This document shows, piece by piece, positions 29,328-39,129 of a stretch of 64,000 nucleotides of DNA. Made by a program: the position numbers and the translations under genes. Every line of letters begins with the position of its first letter. Positions within the stretch are counted from its first letter, which is position 1. The DNA is from an uncultured Leptotrichia sp. Its GTDB lineage: Bacteria > Fusobacteriota > Fusobacteriia > Fusobacteriales > Leptotrichiaceae. The notes under the pieces were generated by a model, which worked only from the letters and a program-made list of their open reading frames with translations, was not told the DNA's origin and did no database searches. Location of the stretch: positions 30,436-94,435 of the forward strand of contig CAUQGN010000005.1 of assembly GCA_963517565.1 (NCBI GenBank). The letters run 5' to 3'.

Positions 29328-29789
29328 TCATCTGTTATAATTAAATTTACTCAAAATTTCTTCTTCTCGTCTTCTCATAACAACTTTATCTTCCTCTTCA
29401 ATATGGTCGTATCCTAGTAAATGCAGCATTCCATGACATAATACATAATAAAATTCCCGCTCGTCAGAATGTCCATATTCGCTAGACTGCTCTTTCACTC
29501 GCTCGATTGAGATTACAATGTCTCCTAGCATATTTACTGCTCCAAAGTTTTCTGTTTCATTATACGCAAAGGAAATCACATCAGTTGGAGCATCTTTTTG
29601 GCGATATTCACAATTTATTTTTTGAATTTCGTCATTAGTTGTTATTAATAACGAGAGATAATATTCATTTTTATCAAATTCTTTTTTGTATTCATTTTTT
29701 AGAATATACTCTACAAATTCTTTTATTTTGGACTCATCGAAAAAATTGTCGATTTTTTCAATATCATAAGTTATATCTATTTCTACCAT
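29328..29789 (-). CDS. ybeY: rRNA maturation endoribonuclease YbeY
   Basis: HGMLHLLGYDH zinc-binding motif. Length 153 aa. PgpH-YbeY-DgkA order as in Bacillus yqfF-yqfG-dgkA. Confidence 0.95.
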   Translation of the reverse strand: MVEIDITYDIEKIDNFFDESKIKEFVEYILKNEYKKEFDKNEYYLSLLITTNDEIQKINCEYRQKDAPTDVISFAYNETENFGAVNMLGDIVISIERVKEQSSEYGHSDEREFYYVLCHGMLHLLGYDHIEEEDKVVMRRREEEILSKFNYNR

Positions 29790-29818
29790 AATTTTTCTCC
29801 ATTTTTATATTTCTAATT

Positions 29819-31873
29819 TTAATTTTTTTTAGTTTTTTCATCCATTTTTGGATATTTTATTCTCTCATGATAAACACCTTGCAGTGTATTTATAAATGAC
29901 TGTACTACAGTTTCTATTTCTCCAAGAGTTAAATCAGAGTCACTTAACTGTTTGTCTTCAATTTTAGATTTTACCAGATATCTGATAAAGTTTTCTATTC
30001 CTTCCTTGCTTTTATTTTCAAGCGTTCTTGTAGCCGCTTCTACTGTATCTGCCAGAAGGATTATTCCTGATTCTTTTGTTTTGGGTTTAGGCCCGCTGTA
30101 TCTGAAATTGCTTTCTACAACTTCTTCTCCGTTTTCCAGAGCCTTATAGTAAAAATACTGGGTTAATGTTGTTCCGTGATGCTGTAATATTACATCCAGT
30201 ATCTCCTTTGGCAATTTACTTTCTTTCCCCATAATATATCCATCTTTTGTATGTGAAGTCAATATTAGTGCACTTAATGACGGTTTTATCTTATTATGCG
30301 GATTAACTCCATCCCGCTGATTTTCCACAAAAAATTCTGGACGCTTCATTTTTCCAATATCATGATAATATGATGCAATTCTTGCAAAAGTAGCGTTTGC
30401 TCCTATACTTTCAGCAGCTCCTTCTGCTAACGCTCCAACCATTATGCTATGATGAAAAGTTCCAGGAGCCTTCATAAGCATCTGTTTAAGCAATGTATGT
30501 GAAAAATCGCTAAGTTCCAGCAGTTTCATTGTTGTTAAAATTTCAAAATAATCTTCAAAATATGGCAATACCGCAAGCGACACCATTCCAGTTAAAATTC
30601 CTGAAAATACTGAAAAAATTATCATCAGCATAATCAATCCAAAGCTTGACTGATTAACTAGCCCATAACTAAACGCCATCATAGCCTGAAATATGCCTAA
30701 AAAGAAACTTAATTTTACAATATCGCTTCTGCTGACAAGATTTGCAGCCTTATAAACTGCAACTAGTGAAACTGCTATTGTAACCAGAAACCACGATTCT
30801 TCTCTTGAAAGGACAATCATATTTGAAAATGTCAAAATAATCGCATAAGTTTTATTTCCCAAAATTGTAGTAATAATCGGAAGCATAGCAAACGGCAGTA
30901 AATAAATGAAAAATTCATTATTTAAAAATAAAATATAAAAAACATTTACAAATACTATTGTAATGAGCGTTGGATAAAATGCGTTTGATTCTACAATTTT
31001 TCTTACATTCTTTTTAAGTAAATAATAAATTAAAATCATAAGAAGTGAGAATGTAGATGCAAGCCCTACTATTTTCCTGAATTTATCCCCATTTTTGACT
31101 AAATTCAGTTTTTGCAGCTTTAAAAATGTATCCGAATCAATAATTTCCCCTTTTTTTACAATAATATCACCTTTATAAATCTTAATTTCTTTATCCCTCA
31201 ATGACATCATATTTTCTTCAATTTTCTTTCTTGTAGCCTCTTCATTGATAACCAGATTTGGTTTCATAAAATTTTGTAGCACTTTCATATCAAGATTATC
31301 AGCTTTTATATCTTTTTTTCGGATTATTTTTGAAAGATTTTCCATTTTATAAATTCCTGCGCTGTAAATTTCAGACATAATTTCAGTAAGATTAACCGAA
31401 TATTCGACATTTTCTGTTCTTGCTGCTATTTCTCGAATATCCTTAACGCTAAATGTATATTTATTTTCTTTTATATATTTTTCAAGAGCAACGTCATCAG
31501 AAAGACTCATATTTCGTACATCTCGTAAAAATTTATTAAGCGAAATTACTGTTTCCCTATTAACATCTTTCAGTTTATCAAATTCAGGCTGTGTTGTCTT
31601 CATTATTTTTTCTTCAATGCTATCATCTAAAATATCAATAAAGTATGAAACATTTTTATATGCCACAATATCAGATTTTGCAATACTTCCAACAACATAG
31701 TTTACAGTCAGCCTTGACATTTCTATAATGATTCCAAATATCATAAATGTGGCTGCTAATATAATAAATCTGAACATAAATTTATTTCTGACATTAAATT
31801 GGGATTCGTTATCTTTTTTATTTTTTTCTTTTATTTCAAAAACAAATTCACGCCCTAATATGTTTATTCTCAT
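29819..31873 (-). CDS. pgpH: 7TM-receptor HD-domain phosphodiesterase (PgpH/YqfF type, c-di-AMP phosphodiesterase family)
   Basis: Extracellular domain, 7 TM segments, and a C-terminal HD domain (HHSIMVGALAE...YYHDIGK). Confidence 0.85.
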   Translation of the reverse strand: MRINILGREFVFEIKEKNKKDNESQFNVRNKFMFRFIILAATFMIFGIIIEMSRLTVNYVVGSIAKSDIVAYKNVSYFIDILDDSIEEKIMKTTQPEFDKLKDVNRETVISLNKFLRDVRNMSLSDDVALEKYIKENKYTFSVKDIREIAARTENVEYSVNLTEIMSEIYSAGIYKMENLSKIIRKKDIKADNLDMKVLQNFMKPNLVINEEATRKKIEENMMSLRDKEIKIYKGDIIVKKGEIIDSDTFLKLQKLNLVKNGDKFRKIVGLASTFSLLMILIYYLLKKNVRKIVESNAFYPTLITIVFVNVFYILFLNNEFFIYLLPFAMLPIITTILGNKTYAIILTFSNMIVLSREESWFLVTIAVSLVAVYKAANLVSRSDIVKLSFFLGIFQAMMAFSYGLVNQSSFGLIMLMIIFSVFSGILTGMVSLAVLPYFEDYFEILTTMKLLELSDFSHTLLKQMLMKAPGTFHHSIMVGALAEGAAESIGANATFARIASYYHDIGKMKRPEFFVENQRDGVNPHNKIKPSLSALILTSHTKDGYIMGKESKLPKEILDVILQHHGTTLTQYFYYKALENGEEVVESNFRYSGPKPKTKESGIILLADTVEAATRTLENKSKEGIENFIRYLVKSKIEDKQLSDSDLTLGEIETVVQSFINTLQGVYHERIKYPKMDEKTKKN

Positions 31874-31935
31874 TTTTCCTGTCCTTTCTAAAACTTTTTA
31901 AACTCCTTCTATTTTTTATTATATTCTGAATTTTT

Positions 31936-34404
31936 TTATTTCATTCTTTTTAAAATATCATTTTTACTCTCAACCACTTTATTTTGTGGTAAAGCTGTCA
32001 AAAATTTCTTTCCATACATTTTTTTTATTATTCTATTATCAAGGATTATAATGTTTCCGCTGTCAGTTTTACTTCTTATAAGCCTTCCAACTCCCTGCTT
32101 AAACTTAATTACAGCTTGCGGAACCTGATAGTCGTTAAACGGATTTTGTCCATTTTTTCTAATATTTTCAATAATCGCCTCAGTTACAGGATCATTTGGC
32201 ACTTTAAAAGGCAATTTTGTGATAATTACTGATTTTAGCTGTTCTCCCTGTACATCGACACCTTCCCAAAAACTGTCTGTCCCAAATAATATCGGATTTT
32301 TAGAATTTTTAAATATTTCTATCATTTCATGCCGTGGAAAATCATTTTGCTTTATAAGCGTATATTCCTTTTCTGAAAAACGTGATTTTAACTGGTTGTA
32401 CAAAAAGTTCAAAGTACTGTATGAAGTAAATAATAAAAAACAATGTCCTTTTGTACTTTTTATTACCCCTTCAATAAACTCTTCTAAATCTCTTATAAAT
32501 TCAATATTTGTTGGATCAAGTGCATCTTCTGGAATATAAACTTTCATTTGCTTTTCATAATCAAATGGAGATTTTACAATTCTTTCATCTATTTTTCTAC
32601 GATTTTCCTTCATAAGCCCAATACTTTTTTTATAATAGTCAAACTTATTGTCAACAGCAAGTGTCGCTGAAGTAAAAACCATCCTATCCATTTTTGTAAA
32701 CAAATTATCGTTCAGTTCATCCGAAATATCGAAAGGAGTAGCATATAATTTTACATTTGGACGGACAGTAGTAACATTAGCCCAGTAAACATAACCTTCT
32801 TCTTTCCCTTCCAAAATAAATTCAAATTTCTTATAATATTGCTTCAATCTTTCATAGTATCTTGAAAATTCAAATAAAAAACCCTCTTTGTCTTCTAAAT
32901 TATAATTGCTCACAGTATTTAAAAACTTGTTAATTCTTATAACTAAATTTCCATAACTTTCCTTAAATTGGCTATTAATTTCCATAACTTCACGAAAAGC
33001 CTTGTTACTTCGCATTTTCTGCTTATCAATCTTTATCTTGATTTCCCTGTTGTTATTATTTTCCGAAAAAAGATAAATTAATTTATCAAAAATATCTATT
33101 CCTTTATCATAAAATACGTTCAATTCTGCGATAACATCTTCCTTTAATTCATCAACTTTTTCATATTCTTGACTTGAAAGACTTTCGTTCAAATAAGTCA
33201 TTAACCTTACAATAGCCCCACCATTGCTGGAATTTACAACACGTCTATTGTAAATATTCCCCATAAGCCGTCCAAATGATATTTTTGACGTTTCAAAAGT
33301 AAAATAATTTCGAGCCGTATCTTCTATATTGTGAGCCTCATCAAAAACAACGATATCATAATTTGGCAAAATTGAATAATTTGTATAAAACCCTGTCTGA
33401 TTTCTAATTGCCAAATCAGCAAAAAACATATGATGATTGACAATAAGAAGTGTAGCATCTGCAACATTTTTTCTAGCTTTAAAAAAATGACATTTTGAAT
33501 AATACGGACATTTTACTCCTTTACACATATCCACTTCACTATTCACTTTTTCCCATATACTATTTGAAATCTCATATTTCAGTTCATTCCTGTCACCTGT
33601 TCTCGTAACATTTTTATCCCAGTCAATAAGATTTCTTATAATATTTTTTTCAGTTTTTTCCTCTTCTGTATCTGTTTCCTTCTCTGTAACATCTATATTG
33701 TAAAGTTTTCTCTTGCAAAGATAATTCCCTCGTCCCTTTACAATCTGATAATTAAAGTCCTCATCAATAATTTTCTTTAAAAGCGGAATATCTTTATTAA
33801 CAAGCTGTTCCTGCAAATTGATGGTATTTGTGGAAACAATTACCTTTAGATTATTTTCAATAGCGTAAAGCAATGTTGGCAATAAATAGGCAATCGTCTT
33901 TCCAGTACCAGTACCCGCCTCTACTATAAGTTTCTTATTCTCATTCATACTATTTTCAATAAACTTAGCCATTTCATACTGCTCACGCCGTACCTCAAAT
34001 TTTCCAAAATTCTTATGAATAGCCCCATTTTCTCCAAAATATTCATCCACATCTATTTTTATAAATTCTTTTAAAGGTACAATCACATAAATATCATCCA
34101 CAGCATTATTCACAATGTATGAAGCTCCCCCAACTTCCCCATACATGCTGGAAATGCTCACATCTTCATCAGAAGGAATTAGCACTCCAGACGGATGATT
34201 ATGTATTATAACTTCATTTTTTCTCATCATATTTAATAATGCAGCAACAGAACTGGAATTTCCTCTCGCAATAACTTCGACTTCAGAAACTATTCCCTCT
34301 CCATCAGGAATCCCACGAAAAAATACTTCATTTCCACCAGATTCACTGATTTCCAGACGCATTTTTTCTATCGTTTTCGCATTAATAAATTCAGCAACTT
34401 TCAT
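31936..34404 (-). CDS. DinG/XPD-family Fe-S DNA helicase with an N-terminal RadC-type JAB/MPN domain
   Basis: The ATG at 34404 (MKVAEF) has AGGAGGA upstream. The track start at 34452 is less likely. JAMM motif H68-N-H70-PSGVLIP-S78-DE-D81 (34203-34162). Walker A AGTGTGKT, DEAH box FDEAHN, and a Cys cluster CKRK...CKGVKCPYYSKC between them. Confidence 0.85.
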   Translation of the reverse strand: MKVAEFINAKTIEKMRLEISESGGNEVFFRGIPDGEGIVSEVEVIARGNSSSVAALLNMMRKNEVIIHNHPSGVLIPSDEDVSISSMYGEVGGASYIVNNAVDDIYVIVPLKEFIKIDVDEYFGENGAIHKNFGKFEVRREQYEMAKFIENSMNENKKLIVEAGTGTGKTIAYLLPTLLYAIENNLKVIVSTNTINLQEQLVNKDIPLLKKIIDEDFNYQIVKGRGNYLCKRKLYNIDVTEKETDTEEEKTEKNIIRNLIDWDKNVTRTGDRNELKYEISNSIWEKVNSEVDMCKGVKCPYYSKCHFFKARKNVADATLLIVNHHMFFADLAIRNQTGFYTNYSILPNYDIVVFDEAHNIEDTARNYFTFETSKISFGRLMGNIYNRRVVNSSNGGAIVRLMTYLNESLSSQEYEKVDELKEDVIAELNVFYDKGIDIFDKLIYLFSENNNNREIKIKIDKQKMRSNKAFREVMEINSQFKESYGNLVIRINKFLNTVSNYNLEDKEGFLFEFSRYYERLKQYYKKFEFILEGKEEGYVYWANVTTVRPNVKLYATPFDISDELNDNLFTKMDRMVFTSATLAVDNKFDYYKKSIGLMKENRRKIDERIVKSPFDYEKQMKVYIPEDALDPTNIEFIRDLEEFIEGVIKSTKGHCFLLFTSYSTLNFLYNQLKSRFSEKEYTLIKQNDFPRHEMIEIFKNSKNPILFGTDSFWEGVDVQGEQLKSVIITKLPFKVPNDPVTEAIIENIRKNGQNPFNDYQVPQAVIKFKQGVGRLIRSKTDSGNIIILDNRIIKKMYGKKFLTALPQNKVVESKNDILKRMK

Positions 34405-34498
34405 CTTTCCTCCTATAGTAAAGATTTTACTATATAACAAGTTTTTTTTCAACTTTTCTTTTCAAAATTCTCTCTATATTCATTTATCTAATAAAAAA

Positions 34499-34660
34499 GT
34501 CGCAGTTTAGTCATAGGTTATTGCGTAGCAATCTTTCCACAATTTTAATTATTAGGATAAATTTTTACTGCAAGATAAGGATTTGAGCCAATGAGCAATC
34601 CTGTGAAAATAAAGAAAGAACATAATAAAAATAATAAATACTATTATTAAACAAAATAAC
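34499..34660. repeat. Composite intergenic repeat, copy R5
   Basis: GTCGCAGTTTAGTCATAGGTTATTGCGTAGCAATCTTTCC...AATTTTAATTATTAGGATAAATTTTTACTGCAAGATAAGGATTTGAGCCAATGAGCAATCCTGTGAAAATAAAGAAAG... matches R3 and R4. Confidence 0.75.
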
Positions 34661-34777
34661 CTGAGTATTAAACTCTATAAAAATAATATAGAAAAAAAGC
34701 CATTTGATATAATTCATAAAATTATATAAACAGCTTTTTAAATTAGTTTTTAATTGTTAATTTTAATTTTTTAGGCT

Positions 34778-35398
34778 TTATTCGTCAATTGAACCATGCC
34801 CAGAATTTTGAAGGCTGCAGCTTTTATCTCTTCCGTTTTCTGTGTAAACAGCTTCATTTCCTTTCATATGGATAGAAATACTTCCATTTGAATATCTTTC
34901 TCCACTACCAGATGCCGCTGAACTTAAAGTATGAATTCCTCCATAACCATCAGCCACTTTTACTTTGTCTGTTGAAACATTTTCAACTGTTATATCTTGA
35001 TACCCGTCACAGCTGTATTTTCTTAGTAAATTATTACTAGAACTTTGGTTGCTGCTTGAATTACCATTTCCTGTCATATAGCAACTTTCATCGCTTCCAT
35101 TTCTTGTGAAGACTGCATCATTTCCTTTTATGTGAATAGAAACTCCTCCACCTGTGTACTCTTCTCCACTACCAGATCTTGTTAATTTTAGATTGTAAAC
35201 TTTCCCATTTCCATCTGTCAATCTTACTCTATCTGTTGAAAGGTTTTGTACTGTTACATCTCTGCTGCTGCAACTAAACTTTCTTGATAAATTTGATGCT
35301 TTTCTTGAAGATCTTGCTCCTGCTGCTGAAAAACCAATAGAACTAAGAGCCAAAACTCCAACTAAAGTTGTTAAAATCATTTTTTTTGTCGATTTCAT
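34778..35398 (-). CDS. Exported protein with two tandem MliC/PliC-like (lysozyme-inhibitor) domains
   Basis: Signal peptide. Two repeats each bounded by Cys and carrying the MliC-type SGSGxxY...KGxxA motif: RSGSGEEY..IHIKGNDAVF..C and ASGSGERY..IHMKGNEAVY..C. Start could be 35398 or 35407. Confidence 0.65.
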   Translation of the reverse strand: MKSTKKMILTTLVGVLALSSIGFSAAGARSSRKASNLSRKFSCSSRDVTVQNLSTDRVRLTDGNGKVYNLKLTRSGSGEEYTGGGVSIHIKGNDAVFTRNGSDESCYMTGNGNSSSNQSSSNNLLRKYSCDGYQDITVENVSTDKVKVADGYGGIHTLSSAASGSGERYSNGSISIHMKGNEAVYTENGRDKSCSLQNSGHGSIDE

Positions 35399-35659
35399 AA
35401 CACTCACTCTCTTTTCTTCAATTTATTTTTTTATTATATGCTCAAACTCCTAAAAATGAAACATATAAACTCTGTTTGAGAATAGCCCAAACTGTATCCA
35501 TTTTAAAGTAATCTGGCTATAACAATTACATTTTTGAAATTTTTGAATTCCTTCTCAAATTTCAATATGAGTATACCCCACTTTACTTTGATTTCAATAT
35601 TTAATCGGTTATATTTTTAATAGTTTTCTAATATAATAATCATATAAAAAACAACTCCA

Positions 35660-36343
35660 TTACCTGTGCAATCTTCGTTTAAATTCTTCCTTATAAGACT
35701 TGTATGCATATCTTAGCATTATGCTTAAAATAAATAATGGAATAGATGAAAATATGCTCCAAGTCATCTTTTTACTAATAATCAGTTCCAAAATCAAAAG
35801 AAATATTCCAACAAAAAAAATGAAAAAATTTAGTATCTTTAATCTGTCACTCTTATGCTTATCCCAGACATACGAAAAAATAAGGCTGATAAGATAAAGG
35901 GCAAGAACAATGGGAATCCCAAGTCTAAGGCTCCAAGTGAATTTTTCATCTCCAAAATCAAGCAAAAGAAAGTAGGCAATAAAACCACTTAGCAATAAAA
36001 ATAGATTTGTTCTCATTCTATATGAATCCAAAAAAACAAACAATCCTAAATCAAATATTAAAATAGACGGAATTGCATAATAACCCCATTCCAATTTTCC
36101 ATACATTATCAAATTTTGAAAAAGAACTTCCAGAATCGAAATTATTGATATTGTAAAAAATGATAAAAATACAGCCTTTTTAACTTTCTTCATTTTCATT
36201 TCGTACAAATTTATATTAATCATCGGATATTCCTTTACAAATTCCTTCTCTTCCAGCCCCTTTATCTCAGGAACAAGCGTTTCACACAGCGGACATCTTT
36301 GTGCTCCGTCTTCCAGTTCCACTCCACATTTTATACAATACAT
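35660..36343 (-). CDS. Zinc-ribbon membrane protein (N-terminal CxxC...CxxC + about 5 TM)
   Basis: MYCIKCGVELEDGAQRCPLCE followed by hydrophobic segments. Confidence 0.7.
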   Translation of the reverse strand: MYCIKCGVELEDGAQRCPLCETLVPEIKGLEEKEFVKEYPMININLYEMKMKKVKKAVFLSFFTISIISILEVLFQNLIMYGKLEWGYYAIPSILIFDLGLFVFLDSYRMRTNLFLLLSGFIAYFLLLDFGDEKFTWSLRLGIPIVLALYLISLIFSYVWDKHKSDRLKILNFFIFFVGIFLLILELIISKKMTWSIFSSIPLFILSIMLRYAYKSYKEEFKRRLHR

Positions 36344-36459
36344 ACTTATCCTCTTTTTTCTATAATAATTCTACTTTAAAACTGAACTCAAAAATTGTGC
36401 TATTTTTTTCAAAATGTAATTTTCATCCATATTAATTTTGAAAAAATTCAATTAAATAT

Positions 36460-37869
36460 TTAAAAATAATTCGTAATAATCTTGGATTTTATTCCTCTCT
36501 TTCTTAAATAAACAAAAAAATCCCTCTCAATATCATAATTTGCAGTCAAATTTCCAAAATTTACATAAACCTTATTAAAGTCACTTACAACTCCCATCTT
36601 GATTTTGCACCTTTTGCTTGGTGGCGGTAAAAATCGGAATCCCTTTAGATACTTTTCATACTTTTTATTAACTTTAAAAATTCCTAAATTTGAAAATCCT
36701 GTTGTATAGCCCCGTTCTCCGTAATAATCAAATATAAATGGGAAAAACATACGTTTTATCAAATATGGAACAGACTTTATTATTATATTTTGTATTGGAT
36801 TCATTGCCTTGTATATACTTTTGTAAAATTCTTTTTTTGTAATTTTTAAGGCAAAATAGTTATCCAGATAAGTTATGATTTCAGAGAGGGTATATGCACC
36901 AAGACTTGCATCCATGCTAGGAGTTATGTTTATAAAAAAATTTCTGTATGTAGTTTCTTCAAAAATTTTTCGAAGATCAACCGGCACTCCTATCACAATT
37001 GGATTTTTTGCTTGTGAATACCTATCCAGCAAAATTTTGAAATATACTGAAAGAAGATATTTCCCAATAGTAGTCCCATATTTTTTACTTTCTTCCTTCA
37101 AGCTTTCCACATCAATTTCTCCAGTTGTAATATGGTACTGCCCCTTTTCCAGTATTTTCATTGGCAAGTGAAATGCTGACTTTATAGTAGTTTCCTTACT
37201 CACTTTCCTCATATACTTTTCATAAAGATCGACATACTCATTTTTTTGAGAATTTTTCAATCCACTGTCATTTCCCAGCAATTCTCTTGTTTTTTCAAAA
37301 AAATTTTTCTCAGATTTTTTATTTTCAAAATCTTTTTCATTTTTATTTATCTTTTTCCCAAAATTAATTATTTTATTTATTTTTTCAATTTCTACTTTCT
37401 TCTTTTTTTCAGTCTTGTCAATTAAATTATTCTCTTTATCTTTTTCAAAATTTTCCCAAAAATACCTTTTCTCCAAATATTCTTCAATCAAATCCTGAAA
37501 AAATAACGCCGCACCTTTTCCATCGGTCAAAAAATGTGCTATTTCTATCGATAATTTATTACTAAAATAAATGATTCTCAGTGGATTATCCTTCTGTATA
37601 TCCGTACAAGGATAAGTTTTTTCCTCCTCAATCATAAAATGAGCCTTTTTCTGCTGCAAATAATTCCAGAAAATTCCCTTTTTCAGCTCCGAATTATAAA
37701 ACGGATATTTCTTTTCAAGCGAAATCGCAACTTTTTGCAATATTTCCAAGTCAATATTTTCAGAAAACAGTGCTGAAAGCCGAAAGCAGGTCGTTCTTCC
37801 TTCGCTAATTATTGAAGAATATGTTTTTGCAAAAGCGTCCAGCTCATACCATATTTTTTCATTTTTCAC
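36460..37869 (-). CDS. HxxxD-motif acyltransferase (condensation / WS-DGAT / alcohol acetyltransferase-like superfamily)
   Basis: EIAHFLTDGKGA matches the HHxxxDG catalytic motif at the expected position (about residue 113 of 469). The remainder is of the right length. Confidence 0.55.
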   Translation of the reverse strand: MKNEKIWYELDAFAKTYSSIISEGRTTCFRLSALFSENIDLEILQKVAISLEKKYPFYNSELKKGIFWNYLQQKKAHFMIEEEKTYPCTDIQKDNPLRIIYFSNKLSIEIAHFLTDGKGAALFFQDLIEEYLEKRYFWENFEKDKENNLIDKTEKKKKVEIEKINKIINFGKKINKNEKDFENKKSEKNFFEKTRELLGNDSGLKNSQKNEYVDLYEKYMRKVSKETTIKSAFHLPMKILEKGQYHITTGEIDVESLKEESKKYGTTIGKYLLSVYFKILLDRYSQAKNPIVIGVPVDLRKIFEETTYRNFFINITPSMDASLGAYTLSEIITYLDNYFALKITKKEFYKSIYKAMNPIQNIIIKSVPYLIKRMFFPFIFDYYGERGYTTGFSNLGIFKVNKKYEKYLKGFRFLPPPSKRCKIKMGVVSDFNKVYVNFGNLTANYDIERDFFVYLRKRGIKSKIITNYF

Positions 37870-37993
37870 TTTTATCCTCTTCTATTTTATTTATTTTTAA
37901 CAAAGTATTATTTAAACAAACTTTCTCAATATTTTCCTTCTACAAATTCAATTCTTATTTATAAATGCTCAAGTTCAGATAATCAAAAAATTA

Positions 37994-38845
37994 TTACCCT
38001 TCCAAATATTTTTTCAAATTTTCATAAATTTTTTTCGCTGTTTCATAACCAATACTATACACTTCCAAAAGTTTCTTCTTATTTTTTTCAATTCTCCCAA
38101 GTGTCAGTTCCACTTCTGGACGAATCACAAAAATCTCTCCTTTTGCCTCCAGCTCATCAATATAGTCAAGCACTTCATTATATCGGCTATATCTTGTATT
38201 CATAAGTTCTACAAATTTAGGAAACTTTTTATATCTTATCCCAGTAATTTTACCCAATGCACTTTGTTTTTTTCTATAATTTTTATCACGTGTCAAGACA
38301 ACTACATTTTTTGTATTTCCATTTTCTATAGACTTTTTAATTGGTATTGAATCAGAAACTCCGCCATCCAGATAAACATTTCCATTAATATTAACCATTC
38401 TGGCAAGTAACGGCAAAGAGCTTGAAGCCCTTACATAAACGGTATCCTTATCAAAATCCTTAACTTCAGGATATTCCGCTTCTCCAGTCTCACAATTTGT
38501 AATTACTACCTGAAATTTTGTCTTATTTTTCATAAACGCCTCATTGTCAATTGGATTCAATTTATTCGGAATCTCGTCATAAACAAAGTCTACTCCAAAC
38601 AAATCACCAGTCGTAATCAAGCTATACAAACTGCAATATCTTTTATCATCCAAATAATCTACCGACACATTAAACGCTCTCTTATGCTGTTTGGCTAAAT
38701 AACTGCAGGCATGGCAAGCTCCTGCAGATACTCCTATACAACTATCAAATTCAATATTTTTTTCCAAAAAGAAATCCAGTACTCCTGCAGTAAATATCCC
38801 CCGAAGTCCTCCACCTTCCAATACTAACCCAGTTTTTTCTTTCAT
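37994..38845 (-). CDS. Patatin-like phospholipase
   Basis: Oxyanion GGGLRG, nucleophile GVSAGA (GxSxG), and catalytic DGG (YLDGGVSD). Start is ambiguous (38845, 38854 or 38863). Confidence 0.85.
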   Translation of the reverse strand: MKEKTGLVLEGGGLRGIFTAGVLDFFLEKNIEFDSCIGVSAGACHACSYLAKQHKRAFNVSVDYLDDKRYCSLYSLITTGDLFGVDFVYDEIPNKLNPIDNEAFMKNKTKFQVVITNCETGEAEYPEVKDFDKDTVYVRASSSLPLLARMVNINGNVYLDGGVSDSIPIKKSIENGNTKNVVVLTRDKNYRKKQSALGKITGIRYKKFPKFVELMNTRYSRYNEVLDYIDELEAKGEIFVIRPEVELTLGRIEKNKKKLLEVYSIGYETAKKIYENLKKYLEG

Positions 38846-39047
38846 TAATTTCATCCCTTTCAATATTAATTTTTTGTTTTCTCCTATTATACACCCTTTG
38901 ATTGTATTTTTCTACTTTTTTAATAATTTAATTTTCACTATTCAAATTTTTTGAAATAAATTATTAGAAAAAATTGATTTTTATTAATTATCAGATATAA
39001 TTAAAATATAGGTTTATAAGTATTATACTAAAATTGAGAAAAATGTG

Positions 39048-39097
39048 TTGACAACCTAATTATATTTTGGTATAATAAATTTGTAATTATTACAAAT
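39048..39097 (+). promoter_or_regulatory. Perfect-consensus promoter of dps followed by a 19-bp PerR/Fur-type palindrome
   Basis: TTGACA (39048-39053), 17 nt, TATAAT (39071-39076), then ATTTGTAATtATTACAAAT (39079-39097; core TTGTAATtATTACAA at 39081-39095). Confidence 0.7.
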
Positions 39098-39129
39098 ATA
39101 TAAATATTATAAATTAAGGAGTGATAAAA

